64,000 nt of DNA from an uncultured Candidatus Micrarchaeota archaeon (GTDB lineage: Archaea > Micrarchaeota > Micrarchaeia > Anstonellales > Bilamarchaeaceae), in the NCBI GenBank assembly GCA_963714085.1, contig OY970229.1, positions 704,001 to 768,000 of the forward strand. Reading direction: 5' to 3'. Below the pieces are notes generated by a model, which did not search any database, was not told the origin of the DNA, and saw only the letters and a program-made list of their open reading frames with translations. Shown piece by piece: positions 20,234-29,976 of the stretch (position 1 is the stretch's first letter; each line of letters begins with the position of its first letter). The position numbers were made by a program, and so were the translations under genes.

Positions 20234-21451
20234 GTGGTTCATCTGAAAGCATGCGTAGTTGGTATCGGAAGGGTTGGATTGCCGCTTGCGCTTTTCCTAG
20301 GCTCGAAGGGCGTGTTCACCTACGGGCTGGACATCGACCAGGCGAAGGTCGACAAGCTCAAGCAGGGGAAATTCCCGTTCCTGGAGAACGGGGGCCAGGA
20401 GCTCCTGGGCAAGGTCATCGGCAAGAGCTTCGAGCCCACGACTGATTTCGCGAAGGCCAATGACGCGGACTACCTCATCCTCACCCTGGGCACACCTGTG
20501 GATGAGTTCCTCAACCCGGATTTCTCGCAGCTGGAGAAATCCTTCGACGCTCTGCTCCCGCACCTTAAGAAGGGCCAGACGCTCCTCCTCAGGAGCACGG
20601 TCTCCCCGCGTTCCACGGAGTACGTGAAGGAGCTGCTCGAGCGCAGGAAAGGCTTCAGCATCGGAAAGGATTTCTATCTGGCGTTCTGCCCTGAGCGCAT
20701 AGCAGAGGGCAAGGCGTTCGAGGAGCTGGAAACTCTCCCTGAGATAGTCGGCGGTGCGGACGCTGAGAGCGGGAAGAAGGCAGCTGAGCTCTGGAAGTCC
20801 ATAGGCAAGGAGGTCTACATCACGACGTCCATAAACGCCGAGCTGCTCAAGCTGTTCACGAACATGTACAGGTACATCAATTTCGCCATAGCCAACGAGT
20901 TCATGGTGATCGCGGAGGACTGGGGGGCGAACATCTACGAGATTGTGGAGCTCTCGAACAAGAACTATCCCAGGGCTGGCCCTAAGAAGCCAGGATTCGC
21001 CGCCGGCCCGTGCCTGTTCAAGGACGGGTTCTTCCTGACAAGCAATATCCCGTTCCCTGACCTCATCTCGACTGCATGGACGATAAACGAGAGGCTGCCG
21101 GCTTATCTCATCGAAAGGGCCAAGAAGCTCAAGGAAACCAAGGGCACGAAATGCGCGATATTGGGCATGGCGTTCAAGGCTGACAACGACGACGACCGCG
21201 CTTCTCTCTCTTACAAGCTGAAGAAGGTCTTCAAGCGCGAGCTCTCCGACGTCCATACCCATGACGTCTACCAGAACGGGCCGGATTTCTGGCCCGCGGT
21301 GAAGGATGCGGACTTCCTTGTCATAGCGACCGCGCACAAGGAGTACAAGAAACCGCTCGAGGAGTACAGGAAGCACATGAAGAAGGACGCGGTGGTCATA
21401 GACGTGTGGAACGTATTCGGGAAGAAATCCGCGGTGTTCAAACTAGATTGA
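20234..21451 (+). CDS. UDP-N-acetyl-hexosamine/nucleotide-sugar dehydrogenase (WecC-like)
   Basis: VGIGRVGLP, GTP, RSTV, FCPERIAEG, KLFTNMYR, GPCL.KD, GMAFK. Confidence 0.88.
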   Translation: MVHLKACVVGIGRVGLPLALFLGSKGVFTYGLDIDQAKVDKLKQGKFPFLENGGQELLGKVIGKSFEPTTDFAKANDADYLILTLGTPVDEFLNPDFSQLEKSFDALLPHLKKGQTLLLRSTVSPRSTEYVKELLERRKGFSIGKDFYLAFCPERIAEGKAFEELETLPEIVGGADAESGKKAAELWKSIGKEVYITTSINAELLKLFTNMYRYINFAIANEFMVIAEDWGANIYEIVELSNKNYPRAGPKKPGFAAGPCLFKDGFFLTSNIPFPDLISTAWTINERLPAYLIERAKKLKETKGTKCAILGMAFKADNDDDRASLSYKLKKVFKRELSDVHTHDVYQNGPDFWPAVKDADFLVIATAHKEYKKPLEEYRKHMKKDAVVIDVWNVFGKKSAVFKLD

Positions 21452-21460
21452 GGTGTATGC

Positions 21461-22450
21461 ATGGCAAAAGCTGTAGTCACTGGAGGGGCCGGGTTCATAG
21501 GAAGCCAGGTCGTCAAGGCACTTTTGGGAGCTGGTCATGAGGTGACCGTGATCGACAACCTCAGCAAGGGGAACGTCAAGAACATAGATGTGAACGAGGT
21601 CACGTTCAGGCAGGCGGACCTCTGCGACGCGTCTGCGGTGAAAGGGCTGCTCGAAGGCGCAGAGTTCTGCTTCCATTTCGCGGCCAAGATCGGGGGGATC
21701 GGATATTTCCACAAGTACCCGGCCGAGATCATACGCGACAACACGCTCATGCTCTCCAACCTGCTCGACGAGGGGAGGCGCGCGGACCTGAAGAAGATGG
21801 TGTACATCTCCTCGTCCATGGTGTTCGAGAGGACGAAGAAGTTCCCGTCCAAGGAGGAGGACATATTCACCTCCCCGCCGCCCATCACCCACTACGGGTT
21901 CTCCAAGCTCATAGGCGAGTATTATTGCACCGCCTACAAGGAGCAGTACGGCATGAAGTACGCGATATTCAGGCCTTTCAACGCCTTCGGCCCCGGCGAG
22001 GTGCCGGAGAACGAGGTGGGCATCGCGCACGTGATACCGGACCTGATAAAGAAGATATATTTCGACAAGCAGTACCCGATCCAGATACTGGGCAAGGGCA
22101 ACCAGGTGCGCGCCTACACCTACGTGACGGACATCGGGGATGCGGTGGCCCAGCTGGGCATGGACCCGAGGACGGACAACAACGATTACAACGTGGCTAA
22201 CCCAGAGGCGCTGACCGTGATGGACCTGCTCAAGCGCATCTGGGCCCTTGAGCAGCACGAGAAGCCGCTGAAGACCAAGAGGATGCCGACATTCAGGGAC
22301 GACGTACAGAGGAGGATACCGAGCGCGGAGAAGATAATGGCGCTTGGCTGGAAGCCGAAGGTCACCCTTGACGACGGCCTGAGAAGGACCTATGAGTGGA
22401 TCAAGACCAGGCCGGGCTCAGCTGGCATGGCGGCGGACAGGGGGATGTGA
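21461..22450 (+). CDS. NAD-dependent epimerase/dehydratase
   Basis: VTGGAGFIGS, AAKIGGIGY, SSSMVF, YGFSK, RPFNAFG. Confidence 0.88.
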   Translation: MAKAVVTGGAGFIGSQVVKALLGAGHEVTVIDNLSKGNVKNIDVNEVTFRQADLCDASAVKGLLEGAEFCFHFAAKIGGIGYFHKYPAEIIRDNTLMLSNLLDEGRRADLKKMVYISSSMVFERTKKFPSKEEDIFTSPPPITHYGFSKLIGEYYCTAYKEQYGMKYAIFRPFNAFGPGEVPENEVGIAHVIPDLIKKIYFDKQYPIQILGKGNQVRAYTYVTDIGDAVAQLGMDPRTDNNDYNVANPEALTVMDLLKRIWALEQHEKPLKTKRMPTFRDDVQRRIPSAEKIMALGWKPKVTLDDGLRRTYEWIKTRPGSAGMAADRGM

Positions 22451-22501
22451 CGTTTTCCGTAACGCGGTGATTGCCTGGAAGAGAGCGAGACGATAAAGAG
22501 G

Positions 22502-23152
22502 ATGTATTCGCGGCGGTTCGACGAGACAAAGGGCATGAGAAACGAGATCTGGAAGGTCCTGTGCGAGGATTTCTTCCAGAGGTACATCAGAAGCGACGCG
22601 AGGGTCCTGGAGATCGCCTCCGGCTATTGCGAATTCATAAACAACATAAAGGCGAAGAGGAAGATCGCCGTAGACATAAACCCTTCTTCCAAAGAGCATG
22701 CGGCCAAGGATGTCGAATTCATCTTCTCCAGCTCCACCAGGCTGCAGGACATCGAAGACGGGTCCGTGGACGTCGTATTCACGAGCAATTTCTTCGAGCA
22801 CCTGACGAAGGAGGACATCATCAAAGTCATCAAGGAGGTCCACAGGGTCCTGGCCAAGGACGGCTCGTTCCTCGTCCTGGGCCCCAACATAAGATACTCC
22901 TATGACATATTCTGGTGCTTCTTCGACCATATAACGCCCCTGGACCACGAGAGCATGAGCGAAGCGCTTGAGATCAACGGGTTCAGGTCCGTGGATGTGA
23001 TACCCCGGTTCCTCCCGTATTCCACGAAGACGAACCTGCCGAAATCGCCCCTCCTGCTGAAAGCCTACCTGAGGCTTCCCTGGGCCTGGAGCATCTTCGG
23101 AAAGCAGATGTTCGTGCATGCCAAGAAACTGCCCTCGCAGGTGGCGCCATGA
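22502..23152 (+). CDS. Class I SAM-dependent methyltransferase
   Basis: VLEIASGYCEF, VDIN, FTSNFFEHL, FFDH. Confidence 0.82.
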   Translation: MYSRRFDETKGMRNEIWKVLCEDFFQRYIRSDARVLEIASGYCEFINNIKAKRKIAVDINPSSKEHAAKDVEFIFSSSTRLQDIEDGSVDVVFTSNFFEHLTKEDIIKVIKEVHRVLAKDGSFLVLGPNIRYSYDIFWCFFDHITPLDHESMSEALEINGFRSVDVIPRFLPYSTKTNLPKSPLLLKAYLRLPWAWSIFGKQMFVHAKKLPSQVAP

Positions 23153-24969
23153 AGATACTTGGAAAAGACGTCGAGAATGCCGACTTGCTCTTCGCAGCGG
23201 TCCTCCTGGTCGTGCTATACCTGAACTTCGGCATGCTTTCCACATTAAAGGAGATCCCGAGCCCGCTTTATGGAGGCGATCTGTACAACGGGCTCGGCGG
23301 AGTGAACCACATAATGGCGGGCGGCTCGATATTCTCCAGCGCGCAGATGACCGGCGAGATACCGTGGGTGCCGTGGCTCTACCATCTCCTGGTGTCGATC
23401 TACGGCAAGCTCACGGGCGCGGACGCGATGACCGCGCTGATCTGGTTCTCCTTGCCGGTGACGCTCCTGAGCGCGATAGTCTGCTATCTGTTCGTGTCCA
23501 GGATGACCAAGAGCAAGTACCTCGCATTGTCTGGAACGATCGTCCTGCTCATCGAGTTCCCCCTGTTCAAATATTCGGATTTCGCCGCTTACCTAGTGAT
23601 CCCGGCCTTCTTCCTCATGCTCTATGAGTTCGTCAAGAACCAGAACGTCAGGAACGCGGCCATAACCGGGATCCTGCTCGGGCTCGCGGGCCTGAGCAAC
23701 ACGCAGGCGTTCTTCGTGGCGTTCATGGTGCTTTTCCTGGTGTTCGCGGTCTTCGTGCTCCCCAGGCTGTGGCGGGAGAAGAAGCTCGTGATAGACAAGG
23801 ACGCCCAGGAGACGATAAAGCTCTATGCAGTCGTGTTCGTGATCGGCTTCGCGATCTCCATGCTTTTCTGGTTCTGGCCCATATTCGTCTTCCACGGCAA
23901 GACCGCCAACCCGATACAGCAGTTCGCCACACCTGACGCCACGAATCCGACCTATCTCTGGGACACGATAATAAATTACTCCCTCATGCCCATGGTCGCC
24001 CCCTACACCAGCGGGCTGGGGATAATATTGACGCTGCTCCTGCTCGCGGGCGTGGCTTATGCCGTGCTGGACTGGAAGAGCGACGAGGGCAGGTTCATCC
24101 TGGCGCTACTGGCCACCGTGCTCCTGGGAGCGTTCCATCCGCTCGTGACCATGCCGCTCCTGGGGATGCAGCTCATCAATTACCAGCTGGTGGGCCAGGT
24201 GCAGCCGCTGCTCCAGGCCGCGCTCATACCCATGGGGCTCCTGCTGGTCTTCCGCAAGGTCACGAAGGAGAAGGGGCAGCTCGCGCTAATCGGAGCGCTC
24301 CTCGTACTTTCCTTCGTGGTGTATCTGGGCTACTTCGATGCTAAGAAGGCGGATCAATGGTACACCGTTGGCACGCAGCCCATAGAGCCGGTGTACGCCC
24401 AGCTCGAGACATGGATAGACTCGAACACCAATGTCAACAACGTGTTCCTCACGACCAACGAGAACGGCTTCATGATGAACGCGCTCACCGGGAGGAAGGT
24501 GCTCTCCTACAGGCGGACGCATTCCAGCCCCTACACAGACGTGAACGCGAGGATGGCGGACCAGGCCGTGATAGCGTACGGCACGAACGCCACCGAGGCG
24601 TACGCCTTGCTGAAGAAATACAATGTGAAATACCTGCTCTGGAGCACCGACTGGATAACGACCGAGTTCAGCTTCAACCAGCAGGGCCATTTCCAGGGGT
24701 TCTTCGATCCGCTGGACATCCCGAACAATGCGAGCAACAGGGCTTATTGGGACGAATACGGCGTGAAGTACCTGAACCAGACCATGGTGCTCGACCCTAC
24801 GCCCAAGCCCGGCGCTCCGGTCTACCCGTTGCTCATAGCCATCCCATACCAAATGGATATCCAGACCCCTTACAATCCGCAGCTGCTGCAATACTTCGAC
24901 CTCAAGGAGACCATACAGTCGCAGGGGCAGGACGTTTTCAGGATATACGAGAGGAAGGACCTGGAATAG
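23149..24969 (+). CDS. Large polytopic membrane protein, GT-C-like (STT3/arabinofuranosyltransferase-like topology)
   Basis: N-terminal loop PLYGGD, ~12 TM segments, C-terminal extracytoplasmic domain (WI..NT...VFLT, LLKKYNVKY) with several N-x-T/S sequons; lacks the WWDYG motif of AglB. Confidence 0.5.
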   Translation: MKILGKDVENADLLFAAVLLVVLYLNFGMLSTLKEIPSPLYGGDLYNGLGGVNHIMAGGSIFSSAQMTGEIPWVPWLYHLLVSIYGKLTGADAMTALIWFSLPVTLLSAIVCYLFVSRMTKSKYLALSGTIVLLIEFPLFKYSDFAAYLVIPAFFLMLYEFVKNQNVRNAAITGILLGLAGLSNTQAFFVAFMVLFLVFAVFVLPRLWREKKLVIDKDAQETIKLYAVVFVIGFAISMLFWFWPIFVFHGKTANPIQQFATPDATNPTYLWDTIINYSLMPMVAPYTSGLGIILTLLLLAGVAYAVLDWKSDEGRFILALLATVLLGAFHPLVTMPLLGMQLINYQLVGQVQPLLQAALIPMGLLLVFRKVTKEKGQLALIGALLVLSFVVYLGYFDAKKADQWYTVGTQPIEPVYAQLETWIDSNTNVNNVFLTTNENGFMMNALTGRKVLSYRRTHSSPYTDVNARMADQAVIAYGTNATEAYALLKKYNVKYLLWSTDWITTEFSFNQQGHFQGFFDPLDIPNNASNRAYWDEYGVKYLNQTMVLDPTPKPGAPVYPLLIAIPYQMDIQTPYNPQLLQYFDLKETIQSQGQDVFRIYERKDLE

Positions 24970-24970
24970 A

Positions 24971-25879
24971 CTATCGGCTCCGCAGCCAGTCCAGGTATAA
25001 CCCTGCGCCGTGCTCGAAACCGATTTTCGCGGACCAGCCCGTCTTCTCGATCTTGGAGCACTCCAGCAGCATCAGCCTCACGTCCCCGGCCCAGCCGCGC
25101 TCGCCTCCGGTGTAGACGGCTTCCGGCTTCACGCCCATGGACCTGGAGACGAACTGCGCGATCTCGTTCACGGTGCGCTTCTCCCGGCTGCCGGCGTTGT
25201 AGGCCTCGAAGACGCTCTTCTGGTTGCTGAAGGCGGCCATGGTCGCGGATACACAGTCCGAGACGTACAGATAGGACTTCTCCTGCCTGCCGTTGCCCAG
25301 GATCTCCAGCCTCTTGGGGTCGCTCCTGAGCTTCTGGTAGAAATCGAATATCACGCCGTGGGTGCTCCCGGGCCCGAAGACGTTGGCGTACCGCATCACT
25401 GTGGATTTGATGCCGTAGCTGTGCGCATAGCTGCCAGCGTAGGCCTCGCATGCGAGCTTGGACGCGCCATAGTTCGATATCGGCACGCAGGGGCACGTCT
25501 CCGGGGTCGGGACCGCCGCTTCTCCGTACACCGCGGAGGTCGAGGCGAGGACAAATCTTTCCACCCCGGATTTCCTGCACGCCTCCAGGACCCTGAACGT
25601 GCCCAGGACATTGTTGTCGAACGTCGCCTCGCTGTTGTCCGTGCTGAGGCGCACGTCGGGATCCGCCGCGAAATGGAACACGGCGTCGGCGCCTTGCAGC
25701 TCCTTGGTGAGCTCGTCGCGGGCTATGTCTTTTTTAGCGAAACCCGCCTTTTTCGGGACATTGGCAGTGCTGCCTGAGGCCAGGTTGTCCAGGACCACGA
25801 CGTCATTCCCCTGGCGCAGGAGCTCCTCCGCTATATGGGAGCCTATGAAACCTGCGCCTCCGGTAACCACTAGCTTCAT
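24971..25879 (-). CDS. UDP-glucose 4-epimerase-like SDR
   Basis: VTGGAGFIGSH, AADPDV, STSAVYG, PISNYGASK, HGVIFDF, KSYLYV. Confidence 0.88.
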   Translation of the reverse strand: MKLVVTGGAGFIGSHIAEELLRQGNDVVVLDNLASGSTANVPKKAGFAKKDIARDELTKELQGADAVFHFAADPDVRLSTDNSEATFDNNVLGTFRVLEACRKSGVERFVLASTSAVYGEAAVPTPETCPCVPISNYGASKLACEAYAGSYAHSYGIKSTVMRYANVFGPGSTHGVIFDFYQKLRSDPKRLEILGNGRQEKSYLYVSDCVSATMAAFSNQKSVFEAYNAGSREKRTVNEIAQFVSRSMGVKPEAVYTGGERGWAGDVRLMLLECSKIEKTGWSAKIGFEHGAGLYLDWLRSR

Positions 25880-25940
25880 GAGAAGAAGTTGGTGCGTTCT
25901 CTTAATAAAACATTTTGACCATCTGTTTTGTGGGAAGAAG

Positions 25941-26942
25941 ATGGATAACGAAGAGAAGATAGCGCTGCCCGATGGCATGCGCGAGCGCTACGAGAAGGCT
26001 GTCTACGGCATAGCCGGGAGGCACTCAGGGGTGCAGATATGCACCTGGACCAAGAAGGCGCTGCGCGGCCAGGGCGTGTGCTACAAGCAGAAGTTCTACG
26101 GCGTGGACTGCCATCGCTGCTGCCAGATGTCCCCATCCCTTGCCTGGTGCCAGCAGGCATGCATCTTCTGCTGGAGGCCCATGGAGTGGATGAAGCGGAC
26201 GAGCATGGGAAGCTCGGAGGTCGACGCGCCGGAGGCTATCATCGGGGAGTGCGTCGCCAAGCGCAGGAAGCTGATTGGCGGGATAGGCGGAGCAAAGGAT
26301 GTGCGGAGGGACGCGTTCGACGAGTCATTTGAAAAATTTCCATCGCACTGGGCGATCTCCCTCTCCGGAGAGCCGACCGTGTATCCGAGGCTCGGAGAGC
26401 TGGTGAAGGCGCTGAAGAAGCACGCGGAGGTGCGCAGCATGTTCATAGTCACCAATGGTCAGGAGCCGGAAAGGCTGGAGGCGATGGCGAGGGAATGTGC
26501 GCTACCCACGCAGCTCTACGTCTCCCTCACCGCTCCGGACAAGGGTTTCTTCAAGAAGATAAATCGCTCAAGGTACGAGGACGGCTGGGATAGGCTGAAC
26601 CGCACTTTGGAGCTGCTCCCTTCCCTGGATTGCAGGCGCGTGATACGGCTGACGCTGATAAAAGGCGTGAACGACGCAGAAGAGCATCTGTTGCCTTATG
26701 CGCGTCTATTGGAGAAAAGCAAGGCCGACTTCATCGAGATAAAATCCTACATGCACCTTGGTCTTTCCAGGGAGCGGCTCGAAAGGGAGAACATGGCGGA
26801 GCACAATTACATATTGGAGTGGGCTGGAAGACTCCTTGAACTGATGTCTGCCTACAGGTTGGAGGACGACGACGCGCAGTCGCGGATCGCGCTGCTAAAA
26901 CGGAAAGACAGCGCTTATGATAATATTATTAAGAAAGTGTGA
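25941..26942 (+). CDS. taw1: 4-demethylwyosine synthase (radical SAM, archaeal Taw1/TYW1)
   Basis: HSGVQICTWTK, CYKQKFYG, HRCCQMSP, CQQACIFCWR, AISLSGEPT, PTQLYVS, E.KSYM. Confidence 0.95.
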   Translation: MDNEEKIALPDGMRERYEKAVYGIAGRHSGVQICTWTKKALRGQGVCYKQKFYGVDCHRCCQMSPSLAWCQQACIFCWRPMEWMKRTSMGSSEVDAPEAIIGECVAKRRKLIGGIGGAKDVRRDAFDESFEKFPSHWAISLSGEPTVYPRLGELVKALKKHAEVRSMFIVTNGQEPERLEAMARECALPTQLYVSLTAPDKGFFKKINRSRYEDGWDRLNRTLELLPSLDCRRVIRLTLIKGVNDAEEHLLPYARLLEKSKADFIEIKSYMHLGLSRERLERENMAEHNYILEWAGRLLELMSAYRLEDDDAQSRIALLKRKDSAYDNIIKKV

Positions 26943-26973
26943 CATATCCATAGTGATAACGGATGGTGTTGGT

Positions 26974-27423
26974 ATGACTCATGGCGTAGACGAACGTGTG
27001 CTTTCTGTGAAAACTGATGGTGACGCTGTCGTAGTGGTCTCTGAACCCAGTATGACGGCACGCCATGAGACCAGGTTCGACCTCGCAGATCCGAATGAGT
27101 GCAGATTGTTTTTGAGGACGATAAATGAAACCCCGGATCTCGGGAGTAGGATTGCGCTTGAGAACCAGCATCCGGTGGTCACCAAGGCAATCAAAAACCT
27201 GACCAGCAGCTTTGGCGACTCCAACGAAGCGCTGATAAAAAAGGACCTCGCAACGATAAATAGCGCCGGAAAAATCTATTCTGCGTATAAAACAGTCAAC
27301 AATGCCGTTCTGGCTGCGAACGAAAGTGCGGCCAAGAGAGGCATAGAGAAGCCTACGGACCTGAAGCCCATACTGACGGGGCAACGAAGAGACGATGTTA
27401 TCGCAAAAAACCTTGAAAGGTAA
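26974..27423 (+). CDS. Hypothetical protein A1 (paralog of 27986..28459)
   Basis: ORF; shares HET.F.L..P..C..FL.T.N and VV.KAI.NL..SF with the downstream copy. Confidence 0.7.
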   Translation: MTHGVDERVLSVKTDGDAVVVVSEPSMTARHETRFDLADPNECRLFLRTINETPDLGSRIALENQHPVVTKAIKNLTSSFGDSNEALIKKDLATINSAGKIYSAYKTVNNAVLAANESAAKRGIEKPTDLKPILTGQRRDDVIAKNLER

Positions 27424-27439
27424 TGCGATTGTTTTGACT

Positions 27440-27847
27440 TCAGTGAGAGGCATCTCCAGGGCAGATGCCGCGCTTTAGATCATACTGATGGGCGTTTTCG
27501 AGTATGTTCTCGATGTTGAGTAGTCTGCCCGCATCTTCCGTGTTTCCGGTCTTTATAAGGCGGGACCGCTCTTTCCGGACGTCATCCAGCACCTTGCGGT
27601 AGTTGTCGCCGCATTCCCCGCCCTGAACCAGAGCCTGATCCCAGGCCCGCATCTTCTCCGTGAGACGCACGTTTTCGGAATCCGGGTTCGCTTCAATGAC
27701 GTAGGAGGCGCCTATGAACGCCAGGGATGTTGCCAATGCCCCGACCAAAGGCAGTTTGTTCCTGACCCAGCGCCTGAAACGGCCTGTTTCGGTCCTCGCG
27801 GGATCCGCCGCTTTTTGTCGCGGCAGGGTTAGTGTTCTTTCATGCAT
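27440..27847 (-). CDS. Hypothetical single-TM protein B1 (paralog of 28474..28875)
   Basis: ORF; QKAA..ARTETGR.RRW.R..LPLVG followed by a hydrophobic helix. Confidence 0.72.
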   Translation of the reverse strand: MHERTLTLPRQKAADPARTETGRFRRWVRNKLPLVGALATSLAFIGASYVIEANPDSENVRLTEKMRAWDQALVQGGECGDNYRKVLDDVRKERSRLIKTGNTEDAGRLLNIENILENAHQYDLKRGICPGDASH

Positions 27848-27985
27848 AATAGTCGCGTTATATGTTATGTTGTGTAGGTTTTAAAAGGGTTTTGGCGGAA
27901 TCGCCGTGGTAATCCGTCAGAGGCAGCCGCAGTAACGTTATTAAGGGGAAGTGAGATAATTATAGTGATAATGGGTGGTACTGAC

Positions 27986-28459
27986 ATGGTTGACGGAGAA
28001 GAAGTTAGCAGGGACATAAATAGCGTTAAAACAAGCGGAATCTGGAAGTATAATCCCCTTCCGCCTACGATCACCATCAACTCCCAACCGGACATACTGG
28101 GAAACCCGCACGAAACCAAATTCCACCTCAGCGAACCCGATGATTGCGAGGCTTTTTTGAAGACGCTCAACAGGCATGAGAAACTCCAGGAAGTGATGAA
28201 AGCGTTAGGCCAGGAATCGGCCGTCGTCAAGGCCATAGACAATCTGGCTGCGTCTTTCCCCGATTTAGACAAAAAGGAGCGGGATAAGAAAGCCGACTTG
28301 ATAACTTATGTGGGGAACAAGTTCGAAGGCAACAAACGGATTGCAGATGCCGTGGCATCCGCGAATCAGACCGCCGGGCGCAAGCCCCAAGGCGAACTCG
28401 CAATTGGTCGTGTGGAGAAGAGGTATGAACAGGAGATGGGAGAGAAACTGACGCGGTAA
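27986..28459 (+). CDS. Hypothetical protein A2
   Basis: ORF; paralog of A1. Confidence 0.7.
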   Translation: MVDGEEVSRDINSVKTSGIWKYNPLPPTITINSQPDILGNPHETKFHLSEPDDCEAFLKTLNRHEKLQEVMKALGQESAVVKAIDNLAASFPDLDKKERDKKADLITYVGNKFEGNKRIADAVASANQTAGRKPQGELAIGRVEKRYEQEMGEKLTR

Positions 28460-28473
28460 GCGTCGCGGGAACA

Positions 28474-28875
28474 TCAGCGACCGGCGTCCTTGGCGCATGC
28501 GGGATCCCTCATATCTGAGTTGTAGAGTTCCATCGCTGCGCGCTCCACATCGAAAAGCTTCTCCAGGCTTCGGGAGTCCCTTGCTTCCATACGACGGCTT
28601 ACTTCCTCCCGCACTTCGCCAAGCACTTTGAGGTACGTGCCGGTGTCGCAGCCCTTGCTAAAACCAAGTTCGGAATGCCATGCTTTTATCTTGGCGTCCA
28701 AGCTGACCTGGTCCGTTCCAACGACTGCCATGGTCCCTGCGAATGCGGATAGTGCCAACCCGCCGACCAAAGGAAGTGCATTCTTTCTGAGCCAGCGCCT
28801 GACACGGCCTGTTTCGGTTCTAGCATCCACGGCAGCCGCTTTTTGTGGCGGCGGGCCGAATAGTTTTCCTTGCAT
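28474..28875 (-). CDS. Hypothetical single-TM protein B2
   Basis: ORF; paralog of B1. Confidence 0.72.
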   Translation of the reverse strand: MQGKLFGPPPQKAAAVDARTETGRVRRWLRKNALPLVGGLALSAFAGTMAVVGTDQVSLDAKIKAWHSELGFSKGCDTGTYLKVLGEVREEVSRRMEARDSRSLEKLFDVERAAMELYNSDMRDPACAKDAGR

Positions 28876-28969
28876 AATAGTCGCATTATATGTTATGTTG
28901 TGTAGGTTTTAAAAGGTTTGGGGCGGGACCGCCGTTCTTCTTTAAAAGCGTTTGAACGGTAGTGTAGCC

Positions 28970-29428
28970 ATGGATGCGCTGACAAGGGCGGCAATGGGGA
29001 TCAACAACCCCGCACTCACGGCCGTGTCCCTGCTCTTGGACAACGACCTCTTCTTCGCCGTATTGATCCTGGCGATGATACTGCTGGCGGAGCGGAGGAA
29101 CGACAAACGCCTGAAGATAGTCTCCGCGATCGCCCTGGCGTTCATCGCAGGCTTCGCGCTCAAGGACATATACGCCATCCAGCGCCCGTGCTCAGGGGTG
29201 GGATGCCCGAGCGACTACTCCTTCCCCAGCCTGCATGCCGTTACGGCCTTCACCCTGATGATAGCGTTCCTGGACAAGAGGGAATACCCGATTTTCCTGG
29301 TCTTCGCGCTTTTCGTCGCTTTCACGCGGCTCAATCTGGGCGTCCATACGTTCGAGGACGTAGCCGGCGCGCTGCCGGTCGCGATACTGGCGTACCATAT
29401 CGTGGATTCGAGGTGGAAGGATGGATAG
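28970..29428 (+). CDS. PAP2-family phosphatase (possible dolichol pyrophosphate phosphatase)
   Basis: K......RP, SFPSLHA, TRLNLGVH...DV. Confidence 0.85.
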   Translation: MDALTRAAMGINNPALTAVSLLLDNDLFFAVLILAMILLAERRNDKRLKIVSAIALAFIAGFALKDIYAIQRPCSGVGCPSDYSFPSLHAVTAFTLMIAFLDKREYPIFLVFALFVAFTRLNLGVHTFEDVAGALPVAILAYHIVDSRWKDG

Positions 29429-29975
29429 GGAGGAGAAGAGGCAGGCCATCCATTTCCTCGTGTGCATGGCTGCGCTCGCGGTGCTGCTCCTTTCCAGCAG
29501 GGACTGGCTGCTCGGCATCACCTTCAGCGTGCTGGTCGTGGGCATGCTGCTGATAAACATGACCATGCGTAAGAAGAGGATCCACCTGGTCGAATGGTTC
29601 GTGAGCGAATTCGAGCGCGAGGACGTGCGGTTCCCGGGCTGGGGCTCGGCCTGCCTCGCCACCGGAGTGCTCATACTCGCGGCCTACATGATGCAGCCGG
29701 CGCAGATAGCTGCCGGGCTGGTGGTCCTGGGCATCGGGGACGGGCTTTCCACCCTGGTCGGGAGGATGGGCTCGCACAGGCTGCCCTGGAACCGGAAGAA
29801 GACCTTGGAGGGCACGGGTGCGTTCTTCGCAGGAAGCCTCGTAGCGTGGGTATTCGTCGGCCCTGTCTCCGTGCCCCTTGCAGCCCTGGCAGCGCTCGGC
29901 GAGAGCCTGGACCTGGGCGTAGATGACAACCTGGTGATACCTATGGTGTGCACAATCGTGCTTTCGGTGCTTTGA
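29421..29975 (+). CDS. Dolichol/phytol kinase-like (SEC59/DGK1/VTE5) membrane protein
   Basis: E.KRQAIH, LGIGDGLSTLVG, KTLEG, E....DDNL.IP. Confidence 0.85.
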   Translation: MDREEKRQAIHFLVCMAALAVLLLSSRDWLLGITFSVLVVGMLLINMTMRKKRIHLVEWFVSEFEREDVRFPGWGSACLATGVLILAAYMMQPAQIAAGLVVLGIGDGLSTLVGRMGSHRLPWNRKKTLEGTGAFFAGSLVAWVFVGPVSVPLAALAALGESLDLGVDDNLVIPMVCTIVLSVL

Positions 29976-29976
29976 C

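Larger units (their letters stand above)
26924..28936. repeat. Diverged tandem duplication of a ~1-kb convergent two-gene unit
   Basis: Paralogous proteins plus near-identical upstream DNA: gcataatagtcgc.ttatatgttatgttgtgtaggttttaaaagg at ~27844-27888 and ~28872-28916; atagtgataa before both A genes. Confidence 0.85.

Noticed and set aside
23149..24969. Oligosaccharyltransferase AglB
   Set aside because: The WWDYG motif is absent; only the general topology is similar
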